Origin: Candidatus Oxydemutatoraceae bacterium
Lineage (GTDB): Bacteria > Pseudomonadota > Gammaproteobacteria > Poriferisulfidales > Oxydemutatoraceae
Assembly: GCA_965220085.1 (NCBI GenBank)
Contig: CBDCOZ010000003.1
Coordinates: 1,056,001-1,120,000, forward strand
Direction: 5' to 3'
Length of the DNA stretch: 64,000 nucleotides
Both the position numbers and the translations under genes were made by a program. The notes under the pieces were generated by a model. The model had not been told where the DNA came from. It did no database searches and saw nothing but the letters and a program-made list of their open reading frames with translations. Shown one piece after another: positions 33,101 to 41,475 of the stretch. The first letter of the stretch is position 1. Each line of letters begins with the position of its first letter.

Positions 33101-36100
33101 CTGGAACAACTCAACGCGGTGCGCTGGGACTTGAACGGCGACGGGACGCCCGCAACCGAAAATGCGGGGGAATATGCGCAAGCCTTCCCCGGCATCGCGG
33201 GCAATACGGGTTGCCCGGCCGCTTGCGTCGGCTACGAATTGCGCCGCGATCTGGACTTTGAAGACCCGCAGAGCTACGCCGCCGCCGACCCCTCGGCCTA
33301 TGGCTGGGTCGATGACCCTAACGATAGCGATACGGAAGAAGGTTGGGCGCCGATTGCCCCCGTTTCCATGGGCAACGACTTTGTCTCCTTCACGGCGACT
33401 TTCAACGGCAACGGTCATACGATTTACAACCTGTATCTCAGTAACGCAAATAATCAGGGTCTGTTCGGTTACGTCAGCGGCGCGGTATCCAACATCGGCG
33501 TCACCGGTTCGGCGCTGGGGTCGCCGTCCGGCTTTGTCGGCGGCACAGACGGTCAAAATATTATTCGGGCGTTGCGCTTCCTGCGAGGAGTAGGCGGTTT
33601 TGTCGGCGGCGTGGCGGCTCAGTTGGTGGAGGGCGGCGTGATAGAGAAATCTTACTCGGCGATGTCGGCGGACGGCAGCTCGGGGGTGGGTTCGTTGCTG
33701 GGTTTTCTCGACAGTGGCACGGTGCGATTGAGTTATGCGACCGGCGCGGTCGGCGCTTCTGCGGTCGGCGGCGGCGGCGGCAACGGCGGCTTGATTGGCA
33801 TGCAATCCGGCGTTGCCGGCAACGAGTTGGAGCATGTCTATGCGACCGGCTTTGTCGATACGGCGACCGCCGACGACTTTTTCGCCGGCGGTCTGATTGG
33901 CATTACGGGGGCGTTGCAACCGCGATACGCTTATGCCACCGCCTTGGTCGGCGGCGCCGGAACGGTCGGCGCGATCGCCGCTTCCGCCCCCGACGATTTC
34001 GCGGGCACGGCGGTCTATTGGGATGCCGAGACCGCGGACCGGAGCATCGTGTTTGATTCGGGAGCGAGCACCGCAACCGGCATCGCCAGCAAGACGAGCG
34101 CCGAATTGCAAGCGCCGACCGGCTATGACGGCATCTACGCCAACTGGAATAGCGACGGCAGCGATTACTGGGACTTCGGCAACGCCGAGCAATACCCGGC
34201 GCTAAAGATTGACTTTGACAACGACGGCATGGCGCGTTGGCAAGAATTCGGCTATCAGTTGCGCGAAGGCCCGCGCAACCTGACGGTTTCCGATGTCAGC
34301 GAGGGCTTTCGGACATTGCGCTGGAGCGCGCCCGACACCTCGCACTGGCCGCACAACCCGCCGGCTGTCACTTATGCCGTCTATCACGACGGGGCGGAGT
34401 TGAGCGGGGACATCACCGAGACGACCGATGCGAACGGCGATGTTGTCTACTCCTATGTCGACTCGGATGCCTTCGCCAACCTCGGTTATGGCTATCACGT
34501 TGCCGCGGTCGTGGGCGGCGGCGAGCCGAGTCGCAGCGCGATGGCATGGCGGATCGATTACGACCGCGACGACGATGGTCTGATAGACATCACGACACTG
34601 GAAGAGCTCAACGCAATCCGCTGGGACTTGGACGGCGACGCGGCGCCGGTGGCGAATGCAGATGCACATCTCTATGCGGCAGTGTTTCCCGGCATCTCCG
34701 GCCGCAGTTGCCCGGGTCGCGCTTGCGGCGGCTATGAATTGCTCAATGATTTGGACTTTGGCGATGCCGCCGACTACGCCTCGGGCGAAGTGAGAGCAGA
34801 GTGGACGAGCGGCATCGGGTGGTTATCGATCGGAGGCGCAGCGGACAGCTTCGCGACGACGTTTAACGGCAATGGTCATACGATTGCCAACCTGCATATC
34901 GACGATAGCACAAGGTCGCAAGGCTTGTTCGGTTACGTGAGCGGCACGGTGTCCAACCTCGGCGTGACCGGGGCGGTATCGGTCTTTGCCGGCGGCGGCA
35001 TTGCTGGCCAACTGAGCGGCGGCGCGATAGAGCGTTCTTATTCGGCGGTGTCGGCGAGCGGCAACAGAGCGATAGGTTCGTTGCTGGGTCTCCTTGCCCC
35101 TGGCACGGCGCGACTGAGTTATGCGACCGGCGTTGTCGGCGCCTCTGCGGGCAGCGGCGGCTTGCTCGGCGCCATTCGCGACCTTCCTGTCGGCAACGAA
35201 GCGGAGCATGTCTACGCGACCGGTTTTATCGATACGGCGGATGGCGATAACGTTGGCGGCGGTCTGATTGGCTTTCTCGGTCCGTTACGGTTGCAATACG
35301 CTTACGCCACCGCCTTGGTCGGCGGCAGCGGAGGGCAAAGCGGCGGTTTGGGCGGCGGCGAAGACGATGACTTTTCGGCGACAGCGGTGTATTGGGATAC
35401 CGAAGCATCGGGCCTGGCTGTGGCGACCCCGTCGGCGACTATGACCGGCGCTGAAGGACGGACCGCCGCCGAGTTGCAAGCGCCGACGACCTATGCCGGC
35501 ATCTACGCCGACTGGGACGAGGGCGGCGCCGCCGACTACTGGGACTTCGGCAGCGCTTCGCAATACCCGGCATTAAAGATTGACTTTGACAACGACGGCA
35601 CGGCGAGTTGGGAAGAATTCGGCTATCAGTTGCGCGAGGGCCCGCGCCTGCGCGAAGGCTTGCAACGCGTGACACAAGACAAGATTGACTTTGACCTGCG
35701 CTGGAGCGCGCCGGATACTTCGCACTGGGACAGCCCGCCGCAGATCAGTTACCGTATCTACCGTGACGGTTCGGCCTTGGAGATCGGGGCCGATGACATC
35801 GGCGAGACCCTCGATGCGAACGGCGATACTGTCTATTCCTATGCCGATGCGGGTCTGTCAGGCGACACTGTTCATATCTATCACATCGCCGCGGTCGTGG
35901 GCGGCGGCGAGCCGAGCCGCAGCGCGATTGTATTTGAAGCAGACTACGACCGCGACGACGACGGTCTGATAGAAATCAACACACTGGAACAACTCAACGC
36001 CATCCGCTGGGACCCGGACGGCGACGGAAAACCCGCGAACGCAAGCTCACGGACCTACGCGGAAGCCTTCCCCGGCATCACGGACAACACGGGTTGTCCG

Positions 36101-39100
36101 GACACTTGCGGCGGCTATGAGCTAATCAACGATTTGGACTTTGAAGACCCGCGCAGTTACGCCGTCGCCGACCCCTTGGACTATGACTGGATTGATAACC
36201 CCGACGATGGCAATGCGGAAGAAGGCTGGCCGCCGATTTCGGGCTTCACGGCGACTTTCAACGGCAACGGCCATGCCGTTTACAACCTGTATGTCAGCCG
36301 CAATGCAAACGACCAGGGCCTGTTCGGTTCCGTTAGCGGCACGATTACAAACATCGGCATCACCGGTTTGATCGTGTCCCCGGTTTTCTTTGCCGGCGGC
36401 TTGGCGGGCCAGTTGAACAACGGCGGCATGATAGAGAAATCTTACTCTGCGGTAGCGGTGGAAGACGGCATATGGAGCGGTTCCTTGGCGGGCATGATGA
36501 ACGGCGGCGCGGCGGTGCGACTGAGCTATGCGAGCGGTGTTGTCAACGCCTCTGCGAACGCCGGCGGCTTGCTGGGCGTCACTTTGGATGCGCTTATTCC
36601 TAACACGACCACAGAGACTTTGGAGCATGTCTATGCGACTGGCTTTGTGGATGCATCCGATGCCGGCAACGCCGGCGGCTTGACCGCCACAGTAGGGGCG
36701 TTGCGACTGAAATATATCTATGCTACCGCCTTGGTGAGCGGCAGCGGGGAGGGGAGCAGCGGTTTGGGCGGCTATGACGAAGCAGGCTTCGCAGCGACGG
36801 CGGTATATTGGGATACCGAGACCTCGAACCAGAGTGTCGGGGTTGCCACACGCTCGGGGATGCCTGTGACCGGCGTTGAAGGCAAGACGACCGCCGAGTT
36901 GCAAGCGCCGACGACCTACACCGGCATCTACGCCAACTGGGACGAAGGCGACACCGCCGACTACTGGGACTTCGGCACCGCGGAACAATACCCGGCATTG
37001 AAGATTGACTTTGACAACAACGATATGGCGAGATGGCAGGAGTTCGGTTATCAATTACGCGAAGGCCCGCAAAATGTGGAAATCTCCGCCGCCAGCGCTA
37101 CCGGCATAACACTGAGTTGGACTGCGCCCGATACCTCGCACTGGGACAACCCGCCGTCGGTGACTTACGCCCTCTACCGTGACGGCGCGCCCTTGAGCCT
37201 TGCCGCCGATGCCATCGCCGAGACTGCCGATGCGAACGGCGATGTTGTCTATTCCTATGCCGATTTGGGCGCATCCGCCGACACCGCGTATCGCTACCAC
37301 ATCGCCGCAACCGTTAACGGCGGCGAGCCGAGTCGTTCCTATGTGTTTGCCGGACGGCTGGGGGTGACGGACAGAGACGCCGCCTTAAACACAATTGCCG
37401 AGAGCGGTACGACGGGCACGGCGGTTTCGGGGTTGCGGTTGTCGGTAACAGAGATGGGCGCGGCGCCGTTTGGCGACGTGATTTGGGGTTTGGATGATCC
37501 GACCGACACCTTCGGGATCAGCGCTGCCAGCGCCGAGATCGGCTTGCTCGCGAGTGACACGCTGGATTACGCAAGCACGCGAACTTATTCCGTAGCGGTG
37601 ACGGCAACGCTGGACGGAACGGAATTGCCCCCGCTGCCACTGACGATAAACGTTTTGAATGACATAGAGAATGTTCGGGTTCAGGATGACGACCCGTCGC
37701 CGAACCGGGTTCTTGAGAACACGCCGATAGACACGCCGATATCGGGCTTGTCGCCGGCGGCGTATGAAATGCCCGCTTCCGGCGGGTCTGTCGAGTTGGA
37801 ACAAGCGACATGGAGCTTGGCGGATAATGCCGATTTTGACCCGTACACGGGCGGCATATTTGCGATTGATGCCGCCGCCGGCACATTAACTTTGGTCGCT
37901 GCGGCGGATTACGAAACCTCGTCGCAACATTCTGTGTGGGCGGTCGCCGCCGTAACGCATCCCATAACAGGCGATGTGTTGCGAGGAGGCGAGCGCTTTG
38001 AGGTGCGGGTTGTCAACATACCGGAGACGTTGACGATTATGGATGGCGACCCCGCCGCCAACACCATCGCCGAGAATGCGACAACCGGCACGGCGGTGAC
38101 CGGCATCATCCTGAGCGCAAGCGAAGGCAACTTGCCCTTGACCGGCGGCGAAGACTTCCGATGGGAGTTGACAGATACCGCCGCCGACCTGTTCGCGATT
38201 GACCCTGTTAGCGGCGAGATAACATTAGTTGCGAGTGGCATGCTGAACTACGAAGATATCGGCGCTCGCACCCATAGCGTGACGGTGCGGGCTGTGGCAG
38301 GCACCGTGGTATCCGATGACTTGGAGCTGACGATAAGCGTTTTGAATGTGCCGGATACCTTGACGATTATTGATAGCGATATGAACGCCAATACCATCGC
38401 CGAGAACGCGACGACGGGCACCGAGGTGGCGGGCATCGATTTGACGGCGACCGATGAGGGTGGCAATACCGTAAGCAGCGCGACCTGGAGCCTGACCGAC
38501 TCGAATGAGCCCGCCTTGTTTGCGATAGCGACCGACACGGGCGCAATCACTTTGATTGCGAGCGACAGACTGGACCACGAAACCGCGCCCACGCATAGCG
38601 TAATAGTAACCGCCGCCGCCGCCGGTTATCAGTCTGCCACAGCGACATTGACAATCAACGTGACGAATGCGCTGGAGAAGCTGACGATAGCGAACAGCGG
38701 CAACGGTGTGATAGAGATTGCCGAGGGTGCGCCGACCGGCACAGCGGTGCCGGGCATTAATCTGGTCGCGACCGACGAGAATGACGAACCGGTAACCGAC
38801 CTGATTTGGCGCCTGACCGATAGCGCCGGCGACTTGTTTGCGATTGCGTCTGACACGGGCGTGATTAGCGTAAACCGGGCTTTGATTTTTGAGATGAGCA
38901 CAAGCCATAGCATAACGGCACAGGCCAGCTCGCAGACTGTGGTGTCTGATGCGCTAACACTGGAAATCAATGTGCTGAGCGCAGAAGCTTGCGCGGCTTT
39001 GACGCCTGCGCAATTTTTTAACGGAACGGCTTGCGTTGATTTTGCTGTCTGTGTTGAGCCGGCGACATTAGACGAAACGGAGAATACGTGCACGGTGCCG

Positions 39101-39865
39101 AAGTTGCGGATTGTTGCCGACACGGCGACGATAGCGGAGAACGCGACGACGGGCACCGAGGTAGCGGGCATCGATTTGACGGCGACCGATGAGGGTGGCA
39201 ATACCGTAAGCAGCGCGACCTGGAGCCTGACCGACTCGAATGAGCCCGCCTTGTTTGCGATAGCGACCGACGCGGGCGCAATCACTTTGATTGCGAGCGA
39301 CAGACTGGACCACGAAACTACGCCCACGCATAGCGTAATAGTAACCGCCGCCGCCGCCGGTTATCAGTCTGCCACAGCGACATTGACAATCAACGTGACG
39401 AATGCGCTGGAGAAGCTGACGATAGCGAACAGCGGCAACGGTGTGATAGAGATTGCCGAGGGTGCGCCGACCGGCACAGCGGTGCCGGGCATTAATCTGG
39501 TCGCGACCGACGAGAATGACGAACCGGTAACCGACCTGATTTGGCGCCTGACCGATAGCGCCGGCGACTTGTTTGCGATTGCGTCTGACACGGGCGTGAT
39601 TAGCGTAAACCGGGCTTTGATTTTTGAGATGAGCACAAGCCATAGCATAACGGCACAGGCCAGCTCGCAGACTGTGGTGTCTGATGCGCTAACACTGGAA
39701 ATCAATGTGCTGAGCGCAGAAGCTTGCGCGGCTTTGACGCCGGCGCAATTTTTTAACGGAACGGCTTGCGTTGATTTTGCTGTCTGTGTTGAGCCGGCGA
39801 CGACGAAACGGAGAATACGTGCACGGTGCCGAAGTTGCGGATTGTTGCCGACACGGCGACGATAG
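27194..39865 (+). CDS. Giant secreted adhesin-like protein 2, 5' part (seven GLUG/Ca-binding modules, then cadherin-like repeats); frameshifted at ~39800
   Basis: Signal peptide RHLLGTLAIATAVLAHPVAA|Q; seven DYDxDDDxLI(E/D)I modules; reading frame lost where a repeat copy lacks 4 bp (ccggcga-cgacgaaacg vs ccggcgacattagacgaaacg). Confidence 0.88.
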   Translation: MPPPPPPPCTYKENDGKGQYANHFVCRSMRKGSKRVTGIRHLLGTLAIATAVLAHPVAAQTDYDTDDDNLIEITKLEQLNMLRHDLDGDSSVAADVLDDYQAAFVDSISDMGCPDTCMGYELRADLDFNNDNDYRDTDNKSAWTTGAGWMPIGDLDSPYAAVLNGNGHTVRNLHIARDRSDQGLFGVISGATIRNIGVTGTVGALDSNRIGGLVGYGSDSVIADSYSAVAVEGGQHVGSLAGLTAAGSAIRRSYATGNVYANFESGGLLGADDHRATPGIVEYAYAAGYVDLTRGGDMARGGGLIGNLGDVRVLYSYSVALLNPGASVSGGIGGIADDISCLSFSSSILSSCIDPTDDGDRLADIAIAIAVYSDSETSGKINALGTFVPSLAGITGRTTAQLQNPTAYAGIYANWDDDGNDYWDFGSAEQYPALKIDFDNDDTATWQEFGYQLREGPRFFRKRGSGASRTLSWSAPITSHWSNPPPVTYALYRDGVALNVGANAITERVGADGVTVYSHTDSGLRADAVYDYNIAAVINGGEASRNITERVGGAADYDRDDDGLIEITTLEQLAAIRYDLNGDGAVARGAWPDYAAAFVDAMVGMGCPGDCIGYELQNDLDFDNDDDYRDLANKSAWTAGAGWAPLGSADEPFAATFDGGGHTIRSLFIARSAQRQGLFGYAVNATIRNVGVTGSVDADDHLYVGGLVAQSDAGTIEGSYSAAEVEGRAYVGSLVGFASAGSAIVRSYATGNAYADTEAGGLLGRDNHHRARGTVTHSYATGYVDVTRGGSLASSGGLIGNLGDAAVRYGYATGLVRPGDASGGFGGMRDDAAEAVAVYWDRETSGRSNALGRGDLAGVEGKTAAELQAPTTYTGIYAGWNSDGSDYWDFGSAEQYPALKIDFDGDGTASWQEFGYQLREGPRDATAIRVDHANVLVWNAPDTSHWPSLSAVAYAVYRDGAVISEAENILATTYVDTARTDGVTHAYVVAALVNGGEAARSVAARPRAEDIDYDRDDDGLIEINTLEQLNAIRWDPDGDGKPANASSRTYAEAFPGITDNTGCPDTCGGYELINDLDFADPRSYAVADPLDYDWIDNPDDGNAEEGWPPISGFAATFNGNGHAVYNLYVSRNANDQGLFGSVSGTITNIGITGLIVSPVFFAGGLAGQLNNGGMIEKSYSAVAVEDGIWSGSLAGMMNGGAAVRLSYASGVVNASANAGGLLGVTLDALIPNTTTETLEHVYATGFVDASDAGNAGGLTATVGALRLKYIYATALVSGSGEGSSGLGGYDEAGFAATAVYWDTETSNQSVGVATRSGMPVTGVEGKTTAELQAPTTYTGIYANWDEGDTADYWDFGTAEQYPALKIDFDNDGTASWQEFGYQLREGPRGAAISAANALIWSAPDTSHWDNPPPISYRVYRDGLALSADSAYSYLDASASTGTEHIYHIAAVVGGGEAARTAFAHAYARVGRDYDTDDDGLIEIATLEQLNAIRWDLDGDGAPANASSPTYAEAFPDAVIGMGCPDDVCAGYELIKDLDFGDAADYASGTANTDWTSGEGWMPLGGIAEGFAAVFNGNGHTVRNLHIRRSAFYQGLFGIVGEDVLITNVGVTGSVDSSYDTHPLGAPIYNWHTGGLVGNVNNSAIENSYSAVAVAGGARAGSLLGYATDASAVRRSYATGAVYADSESGGLLGRDFDSQAHGTVEHAYATGYVNVTRGSLASNGGGLIGVLGNVALRYGYATGLIHPDSQSSGGLGGSVEASAVAAAVYWDSETSAKTNAFGEGALAGVSGKTAAELQAPTSYAGIYADWNAADADGNATDYWDFGNASQYPALKIDFDNDGTASWQEFGYQLREGPRLREGLQRVTRDGIAFDLRWSAPDTSHWDNPPQIDYRIYRDGAALDIGADDIAETRDANGEIVYSYADTGLFNGTAYAYHIAAVVNGGEASRSATAVEVDYDSDDDGLIEITTLEQLNAVRWDLNGDGTPATENAGEYAQAFPGIAGNTGCPAACVGYELRRDLDFEDPQSYAAADPSAYGWVDDPNDSDTEEGWAPIAPVSMGNDFVSFTATFNGNGHTIYNLYLSNANNQGLFGYVSGAVSNIGVTGSALGSPSGFVGGTDGQNIIRALRFLRGVGGFVGGVAAQLVEGGVIEKSYSAMSADGSSGVGSLLGFLDSGTVRLSYATGAVGASAVGGGGGNGGLIGMQSGVAGNELEHVYATGFVDTATADDFFAGGLIGITGALQPRYAYATALVGGAGTVGAIAASAPDDFAGTAVYWDAETADRSIVFDSGASTATGIASKTSAELQAPTGYDGIYANWNSDGSDYWDFGNAEQYPALKIDFDNDGMARWQEFGYQLREGPRNLTVSDVSEGFRTLRWSAPDTSHWPHNPPAVTYAVYHDGAELSGDITETTDANGDVVYSYVDSDAFANLGYGYHVAAVVGGGEPSRSAMAWRIDYDRDDDGLIDITTLEELNAIRWDLDGDAAPVANADAHLYAAVFPGISGRSCPGRACGGYELLNDLDFGDAADYASGEVRAEWTSGIGWLSIGGAADSFATTFNGNGHTIANLHIDDSTRSQGLFGYVSGTVSNLGVTGAVSVFAGGGIAGQLSGGAIERSYSAVSASGNRAIGSLLGLLAPGTARLSYATGVVGASAGSGGLLGAIRDLPVGNEAEHVYATGFIDTADGDNVGGGLIGFLGPLRLQYAYATALVGGSGGQSGGLGGGEDDDFSATAVYWDTEASGLAVATPSATMTGAEGRTAAELQAPTTYAGIYADWDEGGAADYWDFGSASQYPALKIDFDNDGTASWEEFGYQLREGPRLREGLQRVTQDKIDFDLRWSAPDTSHWDSPPQISYRIYRDGSALEIGADDIGETLDANGDTVYSYADAGLSGDTVHIYHIAAVVGGGEPSRSAIVFEADYDRDDDGLIEINTLEQLNAIRWDPDGDGKPANASSRTYAEAFPGITDNTGCPDTCGGYELINDLDFEDPRSYAVADPLDYDWIDNPDDGNAEEGWPPISGFTATFNGNGHAVYNLYVSRNANDQGLFGSVSGTITNIGITGLIVSPVFFAGGLAGQLNNGGMIEKSYSAVAVEDGIWSGSLAGMMNGGAAVRLSYASGVVNASANAGGLLGVTLDALIPNTTTETLEHVYATGFVDASDAGNAGGLTATVGALRLKYIYATALVSGSGEGSSGLGGYDEAGFAATAVYWDTETSNQSVGVATRSGMPVTGVEGKTTAELQAPTTYTGIYANWDEGDTADYWDFGTAEQYPALKIDFDNNDMARWQEFGYQLREGPQNVEISAASATGITLSWTAPDTSHWDNPPSVTYALYRDGAPLSLAADAIAETADANGDVVYSYADLGASADTAYRYHIAATVNGGEPSRSYVFAGRLGVTDRDAALNTIAESGTTGTAVSGLRLSVTEMGAAPFGDVIWGLDDPTDTFGISAASAEIGLLASDTLDYASTRTYSVAVTATLDGTELPPLPLTINVLNDIENVRVQDDDPSPNRVLENTPIDTPISGLSPAAYEMPASGGSVELEQATWSLADNADFDPYTGGIFAIDAAAGTLTLVAAADYETSSQHSVWAVAAVTHPITGDVLRGGERFEVRVVNIPETLTIMDGDPAANTIAENATTGTAVTGIILSASEGNLPLTGGEDFRWELTDTAADLFAIDPVSGEITLVASGMLNYEDIGARTHSVTVRAVAGTVVSDDLELTISVLNVPDTLTIIDSDMNANTIAENATTGTEVAGIDLTATDEGGNTVSSATWSLTDSNEPALFAIATDTGAITLIASDRLDHETAPTHSVIVTAAAAGYQSATATLTINVTNALEKLTIANSGNGVIEIAEGAPTGTAVPGINLVATDENDEPVTDLIWRLTDSAGDLFAIASDTGVISVNRALIFEMSTSHSITAQASSQTVVSDALTLEINVLSAEACAALTPAQFFNGTACVDFAVCVEPATLDETENTCTVPKLRIVADTATIAENATTGTEVAGIDLTATDEGGNTVSSATWSLTDSNEPALFAIATDAGAITLIASDRLDHETTPTHSVIVTAAAAGYQSATATLTINVTNALEKLTIANSGNGVIEIAEGAPTGTAVPGINLVATDENDEPVTDLIWRLTDSAGDLFAIASDTGVISVNRALIFEMSTSHSITAQASSQTVVSDALTLEINVLSAEACAALTPAQFFNGTACVDFAVCVEPATTKRRIRARCRSCGLLPTRRR
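27197..27217 (+). repeat. Homopolymer C21 tract (candidate phase-variation site)
   Basis: aaaatg followed by 21 C; the paralogous position 11713-11725 is the interrupted atgcccctccccc. Confidence 0.85.
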
Positions 39866-41475
39866 CGGAGAACGCGACGACGGGCACCGAGGTAGACTGG
39901 ACCACGAAACTGGACGCGACCACGCATAGCGTAATAGTAACCGCCGTAACCGCCGCCGGTTATCAGTCTGCCACAGCGACATTGACAATCAACGTGACGA
40001 ATGCGCTGGAGAAGCTGACGATAGCGAACAGCGGCAACGGTGTGATAGAGATTGCCGAGGGTGCGCCGACCGGCACAGCGGTGCCGGGCATTAATCTGGT
40101 CGCGACCGACGAGAATGACGAACCGGTAACCGACCTGATTTGGCGCCTGACCGATAGCGCCGGCGACTTGTTTGCGATTGCGTCTGACACGGGCGTGATT
40201 AGCGTAAACCGGGCTTTGATTTTTGAGATGAGCACAAGCCATAGCATAACGGCACAGGCCAGCTCGCAGACTGTGGTGTCTGATGCGCTAACACTGGAAA
40301 TCAATGTGCTGAGCGCAGAAGCTTGCGCGGCTTTGACGCCGGCGCAATTTTTTAACGGAACGGCTTGCGTTGATTTTGCTGTCTGTGTTGAGCCGGCGAC
40401 ATTAGACGAAACGGAGAATACGTGCACGGTGCCGAAGTTGCGGATTGTTGCCGACACGGCGACGATAGCGGAGAACGCGACGACGGGCACCGAGGTAGCG
40501 GGCATCGATTTGACGGCGACCGACGAGGGTGGCAATACCGTAAGTAGCGCGACCTGGAGCCTGACCGACTCGAATGAGCCCGCCTTGTTTGCGATAGCGA
40601 CCGACACGGGCGCAATCACTTTGATTGCGAGCGACAGACTGGACCACGAAACCACGCCCACGCATAGCGTAATAGTAACCGCCGAAGCCGACGGTTATCA
40701 GTCTGCCACAGCGACATTGACAATCAACGTGACGAATGCGCTGGAGAAGCTGACGATAGCGAACAGCGGCAACGGTGTGATAGAGATTGCCGAGGGTGCG
40801 CCGACCGGCACAGCGGTGCCGGGCATTAATCTGGTCGCGACCGACGAGAATGACGAACCGGTAACCGACCTGATTTGGCGCCTGACCGATAGCGCCGGCG
40901 ACTTGTTTGCGATTGCGTCTGACACGGGCGTGATTAGCGTAAACCGGGCTTTGATTTTTGAGATGAGCACAAGCCATAGCATAACGGCACAGGCCAGCTC
41001 GCAGACTGTGGTGTCTGATGCGCTAACACTGGAAATCAATGTGCTGAGCGCAGAAGCTTGCGCGGCTTTGACGCCGGCGCAATTTTTTAACGGAACGGCT
41101 TGCGTTGATTTTGCTGTCTGTGTTGAGCCGGCGACATTAGACGAAACGGAGAATACGTGCACGGTGCCGAAGTTGCGGATTGTTGCCGACACGGCGACGA
41201 TAGCGGAGAACGCGACGACGGGCACCGAGGTGGCGGGCATCGATTTGACGGCGACCGACGAGGGTGGCAATACCGTAAGCAGCGCGACCTGGAGCCTGAC
41301 CGACTCGAATGAGCCCGCCTTGTTTGCGATAGCGACCGACACGGGCGCAATCACTTTGATTGCGAGCGACAGACTGGACCACGAAACCACGCCCACGCAT
41401 AGCGTAACGGTAACCGCCGCCGCCGCCGGTTATCAGTCTGCCACAGCGACATTGACAATCAACGTGACGAATGTG
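38400..41475 (+). repeat. 735-bp (245-aa) near-identical intragenic tandem repeat, ~4 copies, one damaged
   Basis: aagttgcggattgttg at 39101, 39832 (+731), 40435 (+603) and 41170 (+735). Confidence 0.92.

Noticed and set aside
12930-38405. Diversity-generating retroelement template/variable repeat pairs
   Set aside because: No reverse transcriptase; the repeats are kilobases long and mismatches are not adenine-specific
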